From an uncultured Gammaproteobacteria bacterium (lineage in GTDB: Bacteria > Patescibacteriota > Patescibacteriia > Magasanikbacterales > GWA2-37-8): a stretch of 64,000 bases of DNA. The stretch is taken from the NCBI GenBank assembly GCA_964540825.1, contig CAZINT010000004.1, forward strand, positions 88,835-152,834. Direction: 5' to 3'. This document shows, piece by piece, positions 19,924-29,900 of this stretch. Position numbers and translations under genes: made by a program. Numbering within the stretch: position 1 is the stretch's first letter; each line of letters begins with the position of its first letter. The notes under the pieces are model-generated. The model made no database searches. It saw only the letters and a list, made by a program, of their open reading frames with translations, and was not told the DNA's origin.

Positions 19924-20045
19924 CACCGCCCCCCCCCTTATTCCGCCATCCCTCGTCCGTTCCTATTCCAGGACGCGGGATGGCGTGTTATCTACTTTTT
20001 TCAAAAAACAAAACATCTTTGCATTTGCAAAGATGTTTTTATGTT

Positions 20046-23000
20046 TTATGGCGTGCTGGTTGGCGTCTCACTTTCCTCCGCCACGGACGGCGTTGAGCTT
20101 GCATCACTGGGCGGGGCTCCATCGAGCGCTGCGGTTGAAGAAGCCACCTCGACAACTGGTGTTTCCGCGGGAGAGGCGTCTAGCGTAGTCGTTGAAACGG
20201 TTTCAGGAACAGGATTACTTTTATTTTGATCTCGCCGTTTAGCGACCACAATCCAGTCAAACGTAGCAGTGCCAGCACTACCGTCAATTTCCCTTACCAC
20301 AAAACCTTGAGCTGATTTTTCAGCAACATAGACGCCCTTTGAGCCTGCTGAGGTAAGCGTCACCGTTACTTTAAGCGGCTGAGCCTGGTCAATAATATCC
20401 TGCGTTCCTTGATCGAAGACAATGCGTGCTTCGCCCGCGACAAGTGCGGACGAACTCGAGAAGACAAATTCTGATGTGGGCGACTGAACAGCAAACATAT
20501 CTTGCGTCCCGACCGATGTAGTAAGATGTGTTATAAAATGCCCCTCAGCATCAATAGACCATTTTTTATCTTTCGAAGTAATTGCCGCAACATTCAAAAG
20601 CACATGGCCTTGCAGGTTTAAATCACCGCCTTGATACATTAATTGTCCTTTTGGTGCTTCAACTTTCAAGTCATTACCACCATTTGCAAGATCAATGCCT
20701 TGAGCTGTTGCGAGCTGTTCTAGGTTAGTTTGGAGCGAGGTAATATTTTTGTTTTGTGAGTAGGCCCAACCGGTTCTAATGAGCGCGGGGATTTTTCCTT
20801 CGGTTCCACTGAAGGGGTCAAGCGCAATACCAATCACCCCAACCATCTTTTGGCTGTTATCAAGTGTGGGATCGTATTTCATCGCGTAGCCGGGTTTCGA
20901 CGATGCCACAAGAAGATCTCCGCGATTAATCAAACCATTTTCATTAACTACTTTAACCGGCACACGGCCAACCATAGCAAGCACAGCGGTAGTATCGGTT
21001 TTGCCCCTGCCTACCACGATGGTTGGGTTGGTTGAAATGACACCAGCAACTGCCACATCGTATGCCGCACCGCTGCGGCGATAGGTGTCCGGACTATTTG
21101 GGTCAACAATCATAACATCCCCAGCTTCAGCAATATCGTCAGCAGCTATATCTACACGTTCAGCTAAATCGCCGGGATTAGTCGAGGATCCAAAGGTTGC
21201 GCTCGCACCATAATAATTTCCCACGGTATTAACGTCACCATTAGCTGCTACGGAGAAAACCGGCGTGTCGTGCGCTCGGAGTGAAAACACAATTCGATCA
21301 GGCGTACTGGTTGGCGCAAAATTTGCGGCATTTAAAATAAACGCCCTAGCATTAGCAAAATCGCCCACATTTGAAGTTAAAAGACTACTTGTGGCAAACG
21401 AAATGGTATTGAGCGATGTCGAGAGGAGCGACAAGTTACCGTTGAGTGCAAAGTTATACGGCGTTGTTGAACTGCCGACAATAATATTCTTATTTTCCGT
21501 ATCAATGGTAAGTGTTTGGTTGAGGTTGCTCGTTGCCGCAGCGGACGAATCAATATTTACAAAGGTCGTAATCGTACCGCTGCCATTACCGGTAAAGTTT
21601 TCCATCGCAATACCAATAGTTGGCTGACCTGCCACAGCCTTAACCGCAACACCTGAAATTGACGAAGCGGAAAGTTTGTCCCCAACAGTAATTGGGCCGT
21701 TAAGGCTAGAAACAACTAAAGGCACGCGACCAGCCAAGGCCAGCGAGACCATTTTGGTTCCACTTGCAAAAACCGCGTCCTCCGGCCCCCACTCTGTCAG
21801 CAGCAGACCAGGTTTAGTCGAAACGATACCAATAGCGTGCGGGTGATCTTTAATATCAGCTTTTACTACTCGATTAGGATTATTTTTATCAAGCGCAACA
21901 ACATCACCTGGTTTTAAGGTTGGATCATCTGTCAGATATGATTCAGCTAAATCAAACCCGGAAAGATATGCTTGTTTGGCATAAATTTCTTGAGAATAGA
22001 TCTTATAAAAATACTGCCGTGAGTTACCGAGTGAAGTGCCTGAAAGAGCCGTTGTCGTCCTGCACCCGCCATTATCGAAATCATTGTCTGAGCACCCCTG
22101 CCACATCATCAGGTCTCCGGTGTCTGATTTGTAGTAAAAAGCAGTGAGGACACCGGCACCACTACGAACTAAAGACAGACCCTTGGTGTAATTAAAGGGG
22201 TCTGGCGACCCAAAAGGAAGTTGTGAATTTGTTCCTGAATAACAATTTACGCTGCCGCAGGAATAAATAAAGGGGTCGGTATCTGAATCAGTTATACGCT
22301 TTAAAAATGCAACTGCAGGTATTCCTCTACTGTCTATAGCAATACTTGGCCACGCCCCCTGGCTGCTCGTATGGTTTCCAACGGAAAGTGAGGTCTGTGA
22401 GATATTTGAACAAGCTGCGCTTTGACACGGACCAAAATACACGTTTGCATCTCCGTCATCATAGTAAGCTAAAAAAGGAACGCTTAACCCGCCAGGGCTT
22501 CCGGATTGGAAACCTCCATCAGCTTTGGCCATGCCAAGAGTAATATAACCACCTTCGTTTCCAACGTTATTGTCAATGGTATTGCCAAAAGAAAATGACG
22601 CACAGCGGATTGCTTGACAGTGAATCATCTTGATGGCGTTATTATTATCCTTAAACGCTATAAGTGGTGTGCCGTCTGAGGCGATAACCATTTTGATATA
22701 AGGATCAGTAGCGAGACTGGTTGACAGCGTAGAAGAAGCATCAAAGGCCGAACAATCCTCAGCAGTACAGTGTTTAAAAAGCAGATTATTTTCTGTTGAA
22801 TTTTGGTATGCTACTACCGGCATTCTATCCTGACCAACCGCTACTGCACTATATTTTCCATTATCCGAAAAAGTATCAAGCGTTCGGATACTAGCGGTAC
22901 TACAATCAACACTATAGCATTTCGCTAATTTAAGTTTTTGGTTAGTCGCATCATAATAAGTAAGAATCGGATACCCATCCGCACTGATGACCATAGAGGG

Positions 23001-26000
23001 ATTCTTACCGACATCCCCGGTCGAATCCAGGACTACTTCCGTATGAGAAGAACAGTTTTGAACACTACAGTGCATGACTATAAGATCAGCATTAGTAATG
23101 TCGTAATACGCAACAACCATAAGGTTATCACTGCCAACAACGGCAACTGGATAAGCGCCCACATCGTTTGTGGACACTAAAGTGCTTGAAGTACTTGTTG
23201 CGTTGCCTGCAATAGCGGTTGACGTAACGACACCGCTCAAAGGTACGATATTGCCCGCAATTTGGAGCGTACCGGAGCTAAAGATATTCCCGCTGCTATC
23301 AATATAAAGCCGACCAAGAGCATAAGCAGTGCTTGTATTAACCACAACCGCGGAAGTACGAGTAAATGTAGTTGTTGCCGAAAAAGTATTAAAACCAGTA
23401 AAATTTTGATCAGCTGTCAAAGAGGCTACATTAGCACCTCCGCCACAACCACTGCACGAGCCTACTGTAAGCGTTCCGATATAACCACTCGTTACATTTA
23501 AATTTTGAATGGTTGAACTTGCTGCTGTTGTGGTTGTAAATGTAGACGTTGCACTTACCCCGAGTGTTCCGGCAACATCTAATAAATTTACTGGCGCGCC
23601 AGTACCAATCCCCACATTGCCGCCAAAAATACCCAGCGTGTTTGCTTGGGATATAAAACCTGAAGCACCTCCGAGCCCAAAGCCAATTGAGTTAGTTCCG
23701 CCGCCGGTAATGGTCATATTTGTCCCAAGGGCAATTGAGTTGTTGCCTAGAGCGTGCGCTCCATTACCAAGCGCAATGGACGTGTCACCCCCAGCTTCAC
23801 TGCCAAAACCAGCTGCAAAAGCATTTTGATTCGTTACCGAGTTGCTACCGCCAAATGCAGCGCCATTATTTCCCGAAACGCTATTGCTTGCCCCCACCGC
23901 AATACCACGATCACTAACAATATTATTAAAACCAGCTGCAAAAGCATCACCCCCACTTGCAGTATTCCCCGTACCAAACACAGCCGAAGTATTTCCACTC
24001 GCTTTATTATTAAGGCCAAAAGCAACTGAATAATTTCCGATATTAGCATCGTCCCACTGTGTATTATTAACCGAACCAGCCCGAAACGCCGCTTTGTTTG
24101 GCACCCACATCAAACGAACACCTGCTCCATCATACGGTGTGACACCCGCCTCTCCAAGTGTGCCGATCGCCAAAATCGCCCCGTCTTTTATGGTAAATTT
24201 TGCCACCGGTGTTGAAGTGCCCACGCCAAGGCCACCGGAAAAGGAAGAGGTGGCGCTAAAAATATTTGAACCGGTAAATGTCTGATCAGCCGAGAGTGAT
24301 GCGCCTCCACCAGCCGAACAGCCTGTACACGTTCCAGTGACAACTAAATTGGTAATATTAGCCCGGGTGATCGAACTGCTGGCCATTGTAGTAGTGGTAA
24401 AAGTTGATGTACCCGTTACTGCAAGTGTACCGCCCACTGTCAAAAGTGAACTTGGAGTCAGTGTGCCGATACCAACATTACCGCCCATAATCGCTAACGT
24501 ATTGTTTTGGGAAAGCGTGCGAGAATTTGTATCAAGACCAATACCAACCGAATTATTTCCACTCACCGAAATTCTTGAGCCAAGCGCAATTGCCGAGGTT
24601 CCACCGGCGCTATTATTGGCACCGATCGCCGTAGAACCGGTGCCACCTGCAGAGGTATTGCCTGTACCGATCGCTGCTGCCGAGCTTGCGCCGCTCACCG
24701 TGTTGCTCAAACCAGCTGCAAAACCACCGCCGCCGCCATTAATAGTATTGCTCGTTCCAAAAGCAGCTGAGTAGGTTACTGTGACGTTATTACTGCCACC
24801 AAAAGCAACTGAGCCAGTTTGAGTAACCGTATTGCCGGTTCCACCTGCAAATGCCCTATCACCTGACACCTGATTATTTTCGCCAAAAGCAGCTGAATAA
24901 ACTCCGATATTTGCCGCATCCCACTGCGCCCCATTTATATAGCCCGCTCTAAAGGCGGCTTTGTTCGGAATCCACATAAGCCGCGTACCTGCACCATCAT
25001 ACGGAGTTGTACCTGCCCCGCCAAACGTTCCGACGGCCAAAACCGCTCCTTCACTCACCGTTAGCTTGGCTACTGGTGTTGACGTTCCCACACCAAGCCC
25101 AGCGCTAAACGAAGACGTCGCGCTAAAAACATTGGCACCAGTAAAGGTTTGGCTTGCCGATAACGACGCACCACTCGCTGCACAGCCAGTACACGTACCA
25201 TTTATAACTAAATTGGTAATATTGGCATTCGTAATGGTTGAACTGGCAATAGTCGTAGTTGTAAACGTGGTCGTAGCACTGAATACATTTAGGCCTGTAA
25301 AAGTCTGATTACCTGCTAAATACCCTAGCACGCCTGTGCCCCCAATGCTTGCTAAATTAATACCGCTTACCGTTCCATTAACTACCAAGTTGGAAACATT
25401 TGCATTGGCAATACTTGAACTAGCTATAGTAGTGGTGGCAAACGTCGATGTCGCACTAAAGGTATTGAGGCCAGTAAATGCTTGGGTATTGCCGAGATAT
25501 GCCAAAACACCCGTCCCAAAAATACTTCCGAGAGAAATGCCACTTACCGTACCGTTTACCGTTAAATTAGTGATGTTTGCAGTGCCGATTGTCGAACTGG
25601 CAACTGTTGTTGTGCTAAGTGTTGTAGTAGCGTTAAAAGTGTTTAAACCATTAAATATTCCTGAACCATTAACAACTAAACTATCCGCGGTCAGAGCATT
25701 AATACCGGTAATATTGTTACCTCCAAGCATTAAATTGCCGGCGAGCGTTCCGCCGGCGAGCGGTAAATAGTTACTTGCCGTGATAGAATCAGCCACCATA
25801 GCATCAGTAATACTGTTCGAGGGTAAAGAAACCGACCCATTAACCGTTAAGGCAACAATATTCGCACTATTTATAGTACTGCTAGCAATGGTAGAGGTTG
25901 TAAAAGTAGTCGTAGCATTAAAAACATTGGCCCCAGCAAAAGTTTGTGAATTAGCAAGGTAGGCCAAAACACCGGTACCACCAACACTCCCTAAATTTAG

Positions 26001-26828
26001 GCCGGTCAATGTACCTGTCAAATTTAAATTATTAATCGAAGCATTCACTATAGTAGCGGTGGTAATCGTTGAACTTGCCGCTGTTGTTGTTGTAAAGGTC
26101 GTAGTAGCACTAAACGTATTAGCGCCCGTAAAAGTTTGCGTACCGGCAAGCGACGCGTCACCTGTTCCTGACCCACAGCCCACACAACTACCGGTTACTA
26201 CCAGATTAGTAATATTTGCATTCGTGATCGAAGAACTTGCCGCAGTTGAAGTAGCCAGTGTCACAAAACCGGTACTGGTAACATTGGTGAACCGAAAACC
26301 ACCTTGACTGTCTGACAATGGAATATACACCGAACTTGACGCCGTATTTAAACCGTAGCCATTTAAAAAACCCGCATTAATAGCATAGGGGCTAGCCGTA
26401 ATTTGCTTGCGCGGCGTCAGGACTTCAGCACCTACCACAAGCTGCAGGTATATCCCTGAATTATTTCTAAAAATACCCGGATCAAGCGGGTTCGTACCCG
26501 CCCCGCCTAAATCCACACTAAATATACCGCTTGAGGGCGTAATACTGAGCGCAGCCGGAGTCGCTACTGTACCAGCCGCGGTGTATAACAAATTACCTGC
26601 AGTAGCAGCATCGTAAAGTAAAAACTGAATGTTAAGTGCTGTATCGATTGGTGTATTGGTGCTATCTAAAATTTTGCCTTGGTACGTTACTATTGAGGGT
26701 GGCGCCGCCGGGGCAGCACGTCCAATTTGAGAAAACAAAAAAGCTCCTACAAAAAACAAAAACAAGCCAATGAAGAAGAATTCCCGGCGCACGCGAACGG
26801 AGTGAGTCTCTCTATTTTTTACATTCAT
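20046..26828 (-). CDS. Giant surface adhesin/tailspike-like protein with YadA-head-like repeats and two peptidase G2-like chaperone domains
   Basis: N-terminal TM, VTYQGKILD domain, Thr/Ser beta repeats, AFG-x-N repeats, Cys-patterned propeller-like region, DLAESY..GIVSTKPG..LAGRVP and DLAERV..GVISTNP..MVGRVP. Confidence 0.75.
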   Translation of the reverse strand: MNVKNRETHSVRVRREFFFIGLFLFFVGAFLFSQIGRAAPAAPPSIVTYQGKILDSTNTPIDTALNIQFLLYDAATAGNLLYTAAGTVATPAALSITPSSGIFSVDLGGAGTNPLDPGIFRNNSGIYLQLVVGAEVLTPRKQITASPYAINAGFLNGYGLNTASSSVYIPLSDSQGGFRFTNVTSTGFVTLATSTAASSSITNANITNLVVTGSCVGCGSGTGDASLAGTQTFTGANTFSATTTFTTTTAASSTITTATIVNASINNLNLTGTLTGLNLGSVGGTGVLAYLANSQTFAGANVFNATTTFTTSTIASSTINSANIVALTVNGSVSLPSNSITDAMVADSITASNYLPLAGGTLAGNLMLGGNNITGINALTADSLVVNGSGIFNGLNTFNATTTLSTTTVASSTIGTANITNLTVNGTVSGISLGSIFGTGVLAYLGNTQAFTGLNTFSATSTFATTTIASSSIANANVSNLVVNGTVSGINLASIGGTGVLGYLAGNQTFTGLNVFSATTTFTTTTIASSTITNANITNLVINGTCTGCAASGASLSASQTFTGANVFSATSSFSAGLGVGTSTPVAKLTVSEGAVLAVGTFGGAGTTPYDGAGTRLMWIPNKAAFRAGYINGAQWDAANIGVYSAAFGENNQVSGDRAFAGGTGNTVTQTGSVAFGGSNNVTVTYSAAFGTSNTINGGGGGFAAGLSNTVSGASSAAAIGTGNTSAGGTGSTAIGANNSAGGTSAIALGSRISVSGNNSVGIGLDTNSRTLSQNNTLAIMGGNVGIGTLTPSSLLTVGGTLAVTGTSTFTTTTMASSSITRANITNLVVTGTCTGCSAGGGASLSADQTFTGSNIFSATSSFSGGLGVGTSTPVAKFTIKDGAILAIGTLGEAGVTPYDGAGVRLMWVPNKAAFRAGSVNNTQWDDANIGNYSVAFGLNNKASGNTSAVFGTGNTASGGDAFAAGFNNIVSDRGIAVGASNSVSGNNGAAFGGSNSVTNQNAFAAGFGSEAGGDTSIALGNGAHALGNNSIALGTNMTITGGGTNSIGFGLGGASGFISQANTLGIFGGNVGIGTGAPVNLLDVAGTLGVSATSTFTTTTAASSTIQNLNVTSGYIGTLTVGSCSGCGGGANVASLTADQNFTGFNTFSATTTFTRTSAVVVNTSTAYALGRLYIDSSGNIFSSGTLQIAGNIVPLSGVVTSTAIAGNATSTSSTLVSTNDVGAYPVAVVGSDNLMVVAYYDITNADLIVMHCSVQNCSSHTEVVLDSTGDVGKNPSMVISADGYPILTYYDATNQKLKLAKCYSVDCSTASIRTLDTFSDNGKYSAVAVGQDRMPVVAYQNSTENNLLFKHCTAEDCSAFDASSTLSTSLATDPYIKMVIASDGTPLIAFKDNNNAIKMIHCQAIRCASFSFGNTIDNNVGNEGGYITLGMAKADGGFQSGSPGGLSVPFLAYYDDGDANVYFGPCQSAACSNISQTSLSVGNHTSSQGAWPSIAIDSRGIPAVAFLKRITDSDTDPFIYSCGSVNCYSGTNSQLPFGSPDPFNYTKGLSLVRSGAGVLTAFYYKSDTGDLMMWQGCSDNDFDNGGCRTTTALSGTSLGNSRQYFYKIYSQEIYAKQAYLSGFDLAESYLTDDPTLKPGDVVALDKNNPNRVVKADIKDHPHAIGIVSTKPGLLLTEWGPEDAVFASGTKMVSLALAGRVPLVVSSLNGPITVGDKLSASSISGVAVKAVAGQPTIGIAMENFTGNGSGTITTFVNIDSSAAATSNLNQTLTIDTENKNIIVGSSTTPYNFALNGNLSLLSTSLNTISFATSSLLTSNVGDFANARAFILNAANFAPTSTPDRIVFSLRAHDTPVFSVAANGDVNTVGNYYGASATFGSSTNPGDLAERVDIAADDIAEAGDVMIVDPNSPDTYRRSGAAYDVAVAGVISTNPTIVVGRGKTDTTAVLAMVGRVPVKVVNENGLINRGDLLVASSKPGYAMKYDPTLDNSQKMVGVIGIALDPFSGTEGKIPALIRTGWAYSQNKNITSLQTNLEQLATAQGIDLANGGNDLKVEAPKGQLMYQGGDLNLQGHVLLNVAAITSKDKKWSIDAEGHFITHLTTSVGTQDMFAVQSPTSEFVFSSSSALVAGEARIVFDQGTQDIIDQAQPLKVTVTLTSAGSKGVYVAEKSAQGFVVREIDGSAGTATFDWIVVAKRRDQNKSNPVPETVSTTTLDASPAETPVVEVASSTAALDGAPPSDASSTPSVAEESETPTSTP

Positions 26829-26908
26829 ACATAGCTCAAAAATCTGGCTAATTGATTTTTGCCAGTCGAAATGAGCTTAAGGGACTATACCACAAAATTA
26901 AAATTTAC

Positions 26909-29900
26909 TTAAGGGTTTGAAGCGGAAGCATCGGCGGGCGTGCTGCTGGCGGCAACATTTAAAACTGTACTCGTACTTTCAGGGGACGGCCCACTGGTAA
27001 TTTCCGGATTCTGGGTGCTAAAGTTAGCTGAATCCATACTTTCCACCGTACTCGTTACTGCGCCTGAATCTTCGTCGGCATTTTTAGAAAAATCACTCGG
27101 CGCTTCGGGCGCAGGCATTGCTTCTGACGGCGGAGTGATTAAGTTATCAACAGGCGTAGTTGGAACAAGCCAATAATCAAAGGCCACATCTTCTTCTGCG
27201 GGAGTATCCAGCATAATTGTAAATGCACCCGCCTCCTTGTTTGAAACCCACCAAAAATGCTTGGGGTTATTTACGAAGGTGACAAAAATCTTAGTACTGG
27301 TGGTAAATAGACTGTTTTCCACTCGAACACTTGATTCGCCATTATTAATTGTTGCTTGTCCGATAGTTGTTTTGCTTTGATCTGAATTTGGCGTAATAAC
27401 AAGTTGTTTGGTGACAACCTGGTCGGCAGTCAATTTTTTAACACGGGCATTTCCTTGTTCGTCAATTTCCCAAGCATTATTCACGCCCTGAACCCGACCC
27501 ACCGCCAGAAGCGCGCGGCCCCCGAGCGATAAATCTTTAGCCAAAGTAATACGGCCTTCTTCGCTTGTGACGCTCATTGTTTCTACGTTTGCACTAAGAT
27601 TTTCGCTATTAGTGCCGGCCAAACTATCCACCGTTGCCTGTAAATCTGTTAGGGTCTTGGTCTGGCTATAGACCCAGCCGGTGCGGATCAAGGCGGCGAT
27701 TTTGCCTTGTTCTGCAGTAAGCGGATCGAGCGCAATACCAATGATACCAACCACTTTCGAACTTACATCAAGCGTTGGATCATACTTCATGGCGTAACCT
27801 GGGCGCGACGAAGCCACCAGCAAGTCACCACGCTGAATTGAGCCGTTTTCGTTAACCACTTTAACCGGAACACGACCGACCATCGCCAAATTTGCCGTAT
27901 AATCAGTTTTGCCTTTACCTACCACGATTGTTGGATTACTGGAGATTACCCCGGCAACAGCGCTGTCATACGAAGTGCTGCTGCGGCGATAGGTATCCGG
28001 ACTGTTGGGGTCAACAATCATAACATCCCCTGCTTCCGCAGTATCGTCGCTGGCAATATCTACTCTTTCAGCCAAATCCCCCGGGTTCGTTGACGAACCA
28101 AAGGTAGCACTGGCCCCATAGTAATTGCCGACCGTGTTTACGTCGCCGTTTGCAGCAACCGAAAATACCGGCGTATTATTTGAACGCAGTGAGAAAAGAA
28201 TGCGATCAGAGGTGCTTGTCGGCGCAAAATTCGGCGCATTAAGAATAAAGGCCTTGGCATTTTCAAAATCCTGAACATTGGCCGCAAGAAGCGTGGTGGT
28301 CGAGAATGATACTTTTACGATTGACGGATCAACCACAGACAGGTCGCCGTTTAAGACAACTGAATACGGCTCAGTTGATGTGCCAAAGGTAATAGAGTGG
28401 TCTGTGCTATTCACTGTGAGTCCTTGGTAAATATTACCAGATGATCCTGAATCAAGGTTTACAAAAGCCGTGATAACCCCGGTCGTACTACTTACAAAAT
28501 TATCCATTGCAATGGCAACAGTTCTTTTGCCGGTCGCTCGAGCTGCTGTACCTGGCGTATCAGAAAGTTCCAAACGGTCACCTACATGAATGTCACCATG
28601 GCTTGAATTAACCTTTACCGGTACACGTCCGGACAGCGCTACCGGAACATGGAAGCCGCCCGAACTGCTGTTTTTCCATTCTGACAAAAGTAAACCCGGC
28701 TCAGTTGATACAATCCCGATTACTTCATCAGCCGCAACCGCTCGCCGTACATACCCCGGACGCTCCGGATCAAACGCCACAACGTCCCCCGCGCCGAGTG
28801 TTGGGTCGCTCGTAGGGTAATCTTCGGCCACGTCAAACGCTGCAACCTGAAATCTTTTCCCAAGAAACTGATTGGCAAAAACATTATTGAAGTAAGCTCC
28901 TGCACTGCCCAAGTTTTGTCCGCCGCTAACTACCTGCGTGCTTGTAGCAATACAATCAATATCAGCACACCTTAAAAAATTAAGTTTTGAATTCCCGTAA
29001 TATGCCACTATCGGCAAACCATCGGCTCCTATCGCCAAGCTGTTGCCGTAACCTGTAGCCGATGCGCCATCAAGCAGTGTTGATGTGGACCCGTAGTTGC
29101 AGTTCGCTTCACCGCACGTATAGGCAAAGAGCTTAAAAGTGGTAGTCGCCGACTGATATACCGTAATAACACGCCCGTCAACACCAACTTTAATTGAATT
29201 ATAAAAACCCGGAAAAGGTACGTTGGAGTCAACTTCTTGGCCGGCTGCGCTGCCGCTTGTACAGTCTGCAGCGTTACATTTAAAAATAAGAAAACGATTA
29301 AAAAAGCTTTCCCGATAACTTATAACCGGGAAGTTATCGTTTCCGATGGTCATGGAAATAAACCTTCCCGGATCGCCGGTAGTATCCAGTGTAGTAATAA
29401 AAATTTTGCTTGTTACAGTACATGACGGTTCACCACATCTAGCAAAAACAACTGAATCATTTGTTGCGTTATAATAAGCCATTACCGGTCTTCCGTCCGT
29501 TGGAATTGCCAGCGTTACCTGTTGCCCTACATTGGACCCTGAGGTATCAACTCCCGTATCTGTTCGAGTGTTGCATGACAGATCGAGACAATGAATAAAC
29601 CTAACATCCGCATTGGCATCGTCGTAATAAGCAATCGCCGGCAAACCATCCTTGCCGACAGCAAGCGATAAATATGAACCTCCGAAATTTACGAACGAAT
29701 TACCTATACTAACAATATCTCTTGAGGAACAATCTAAGTTTGTACAGTGATAGAAGTTAATTCTCTGCCGAAAAGAATCGTATATAGCAACCGCTGGAAA
29801 ACCGTCTGATCCAACCACGGCTGAGACATCATTACCGCCTGCATCACCACCAAAAAGCGTGTTCTGTGTCGCAATTGTAGCACAAGTAACGTCAGCACAT

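Noticed and set aside
19917-19993. attC-like look of the islet 3' hairpin (TAAC...GTTA), also GCCTAAC at the stop of 59892-60281
   Set aside because: No proper RYYYAAC/GTTRRRY pair, the islets carry their own promoters and are not arrayed, and neither recombinase shows an obvious integron-integrase insertion; IntegronFinder would settle it
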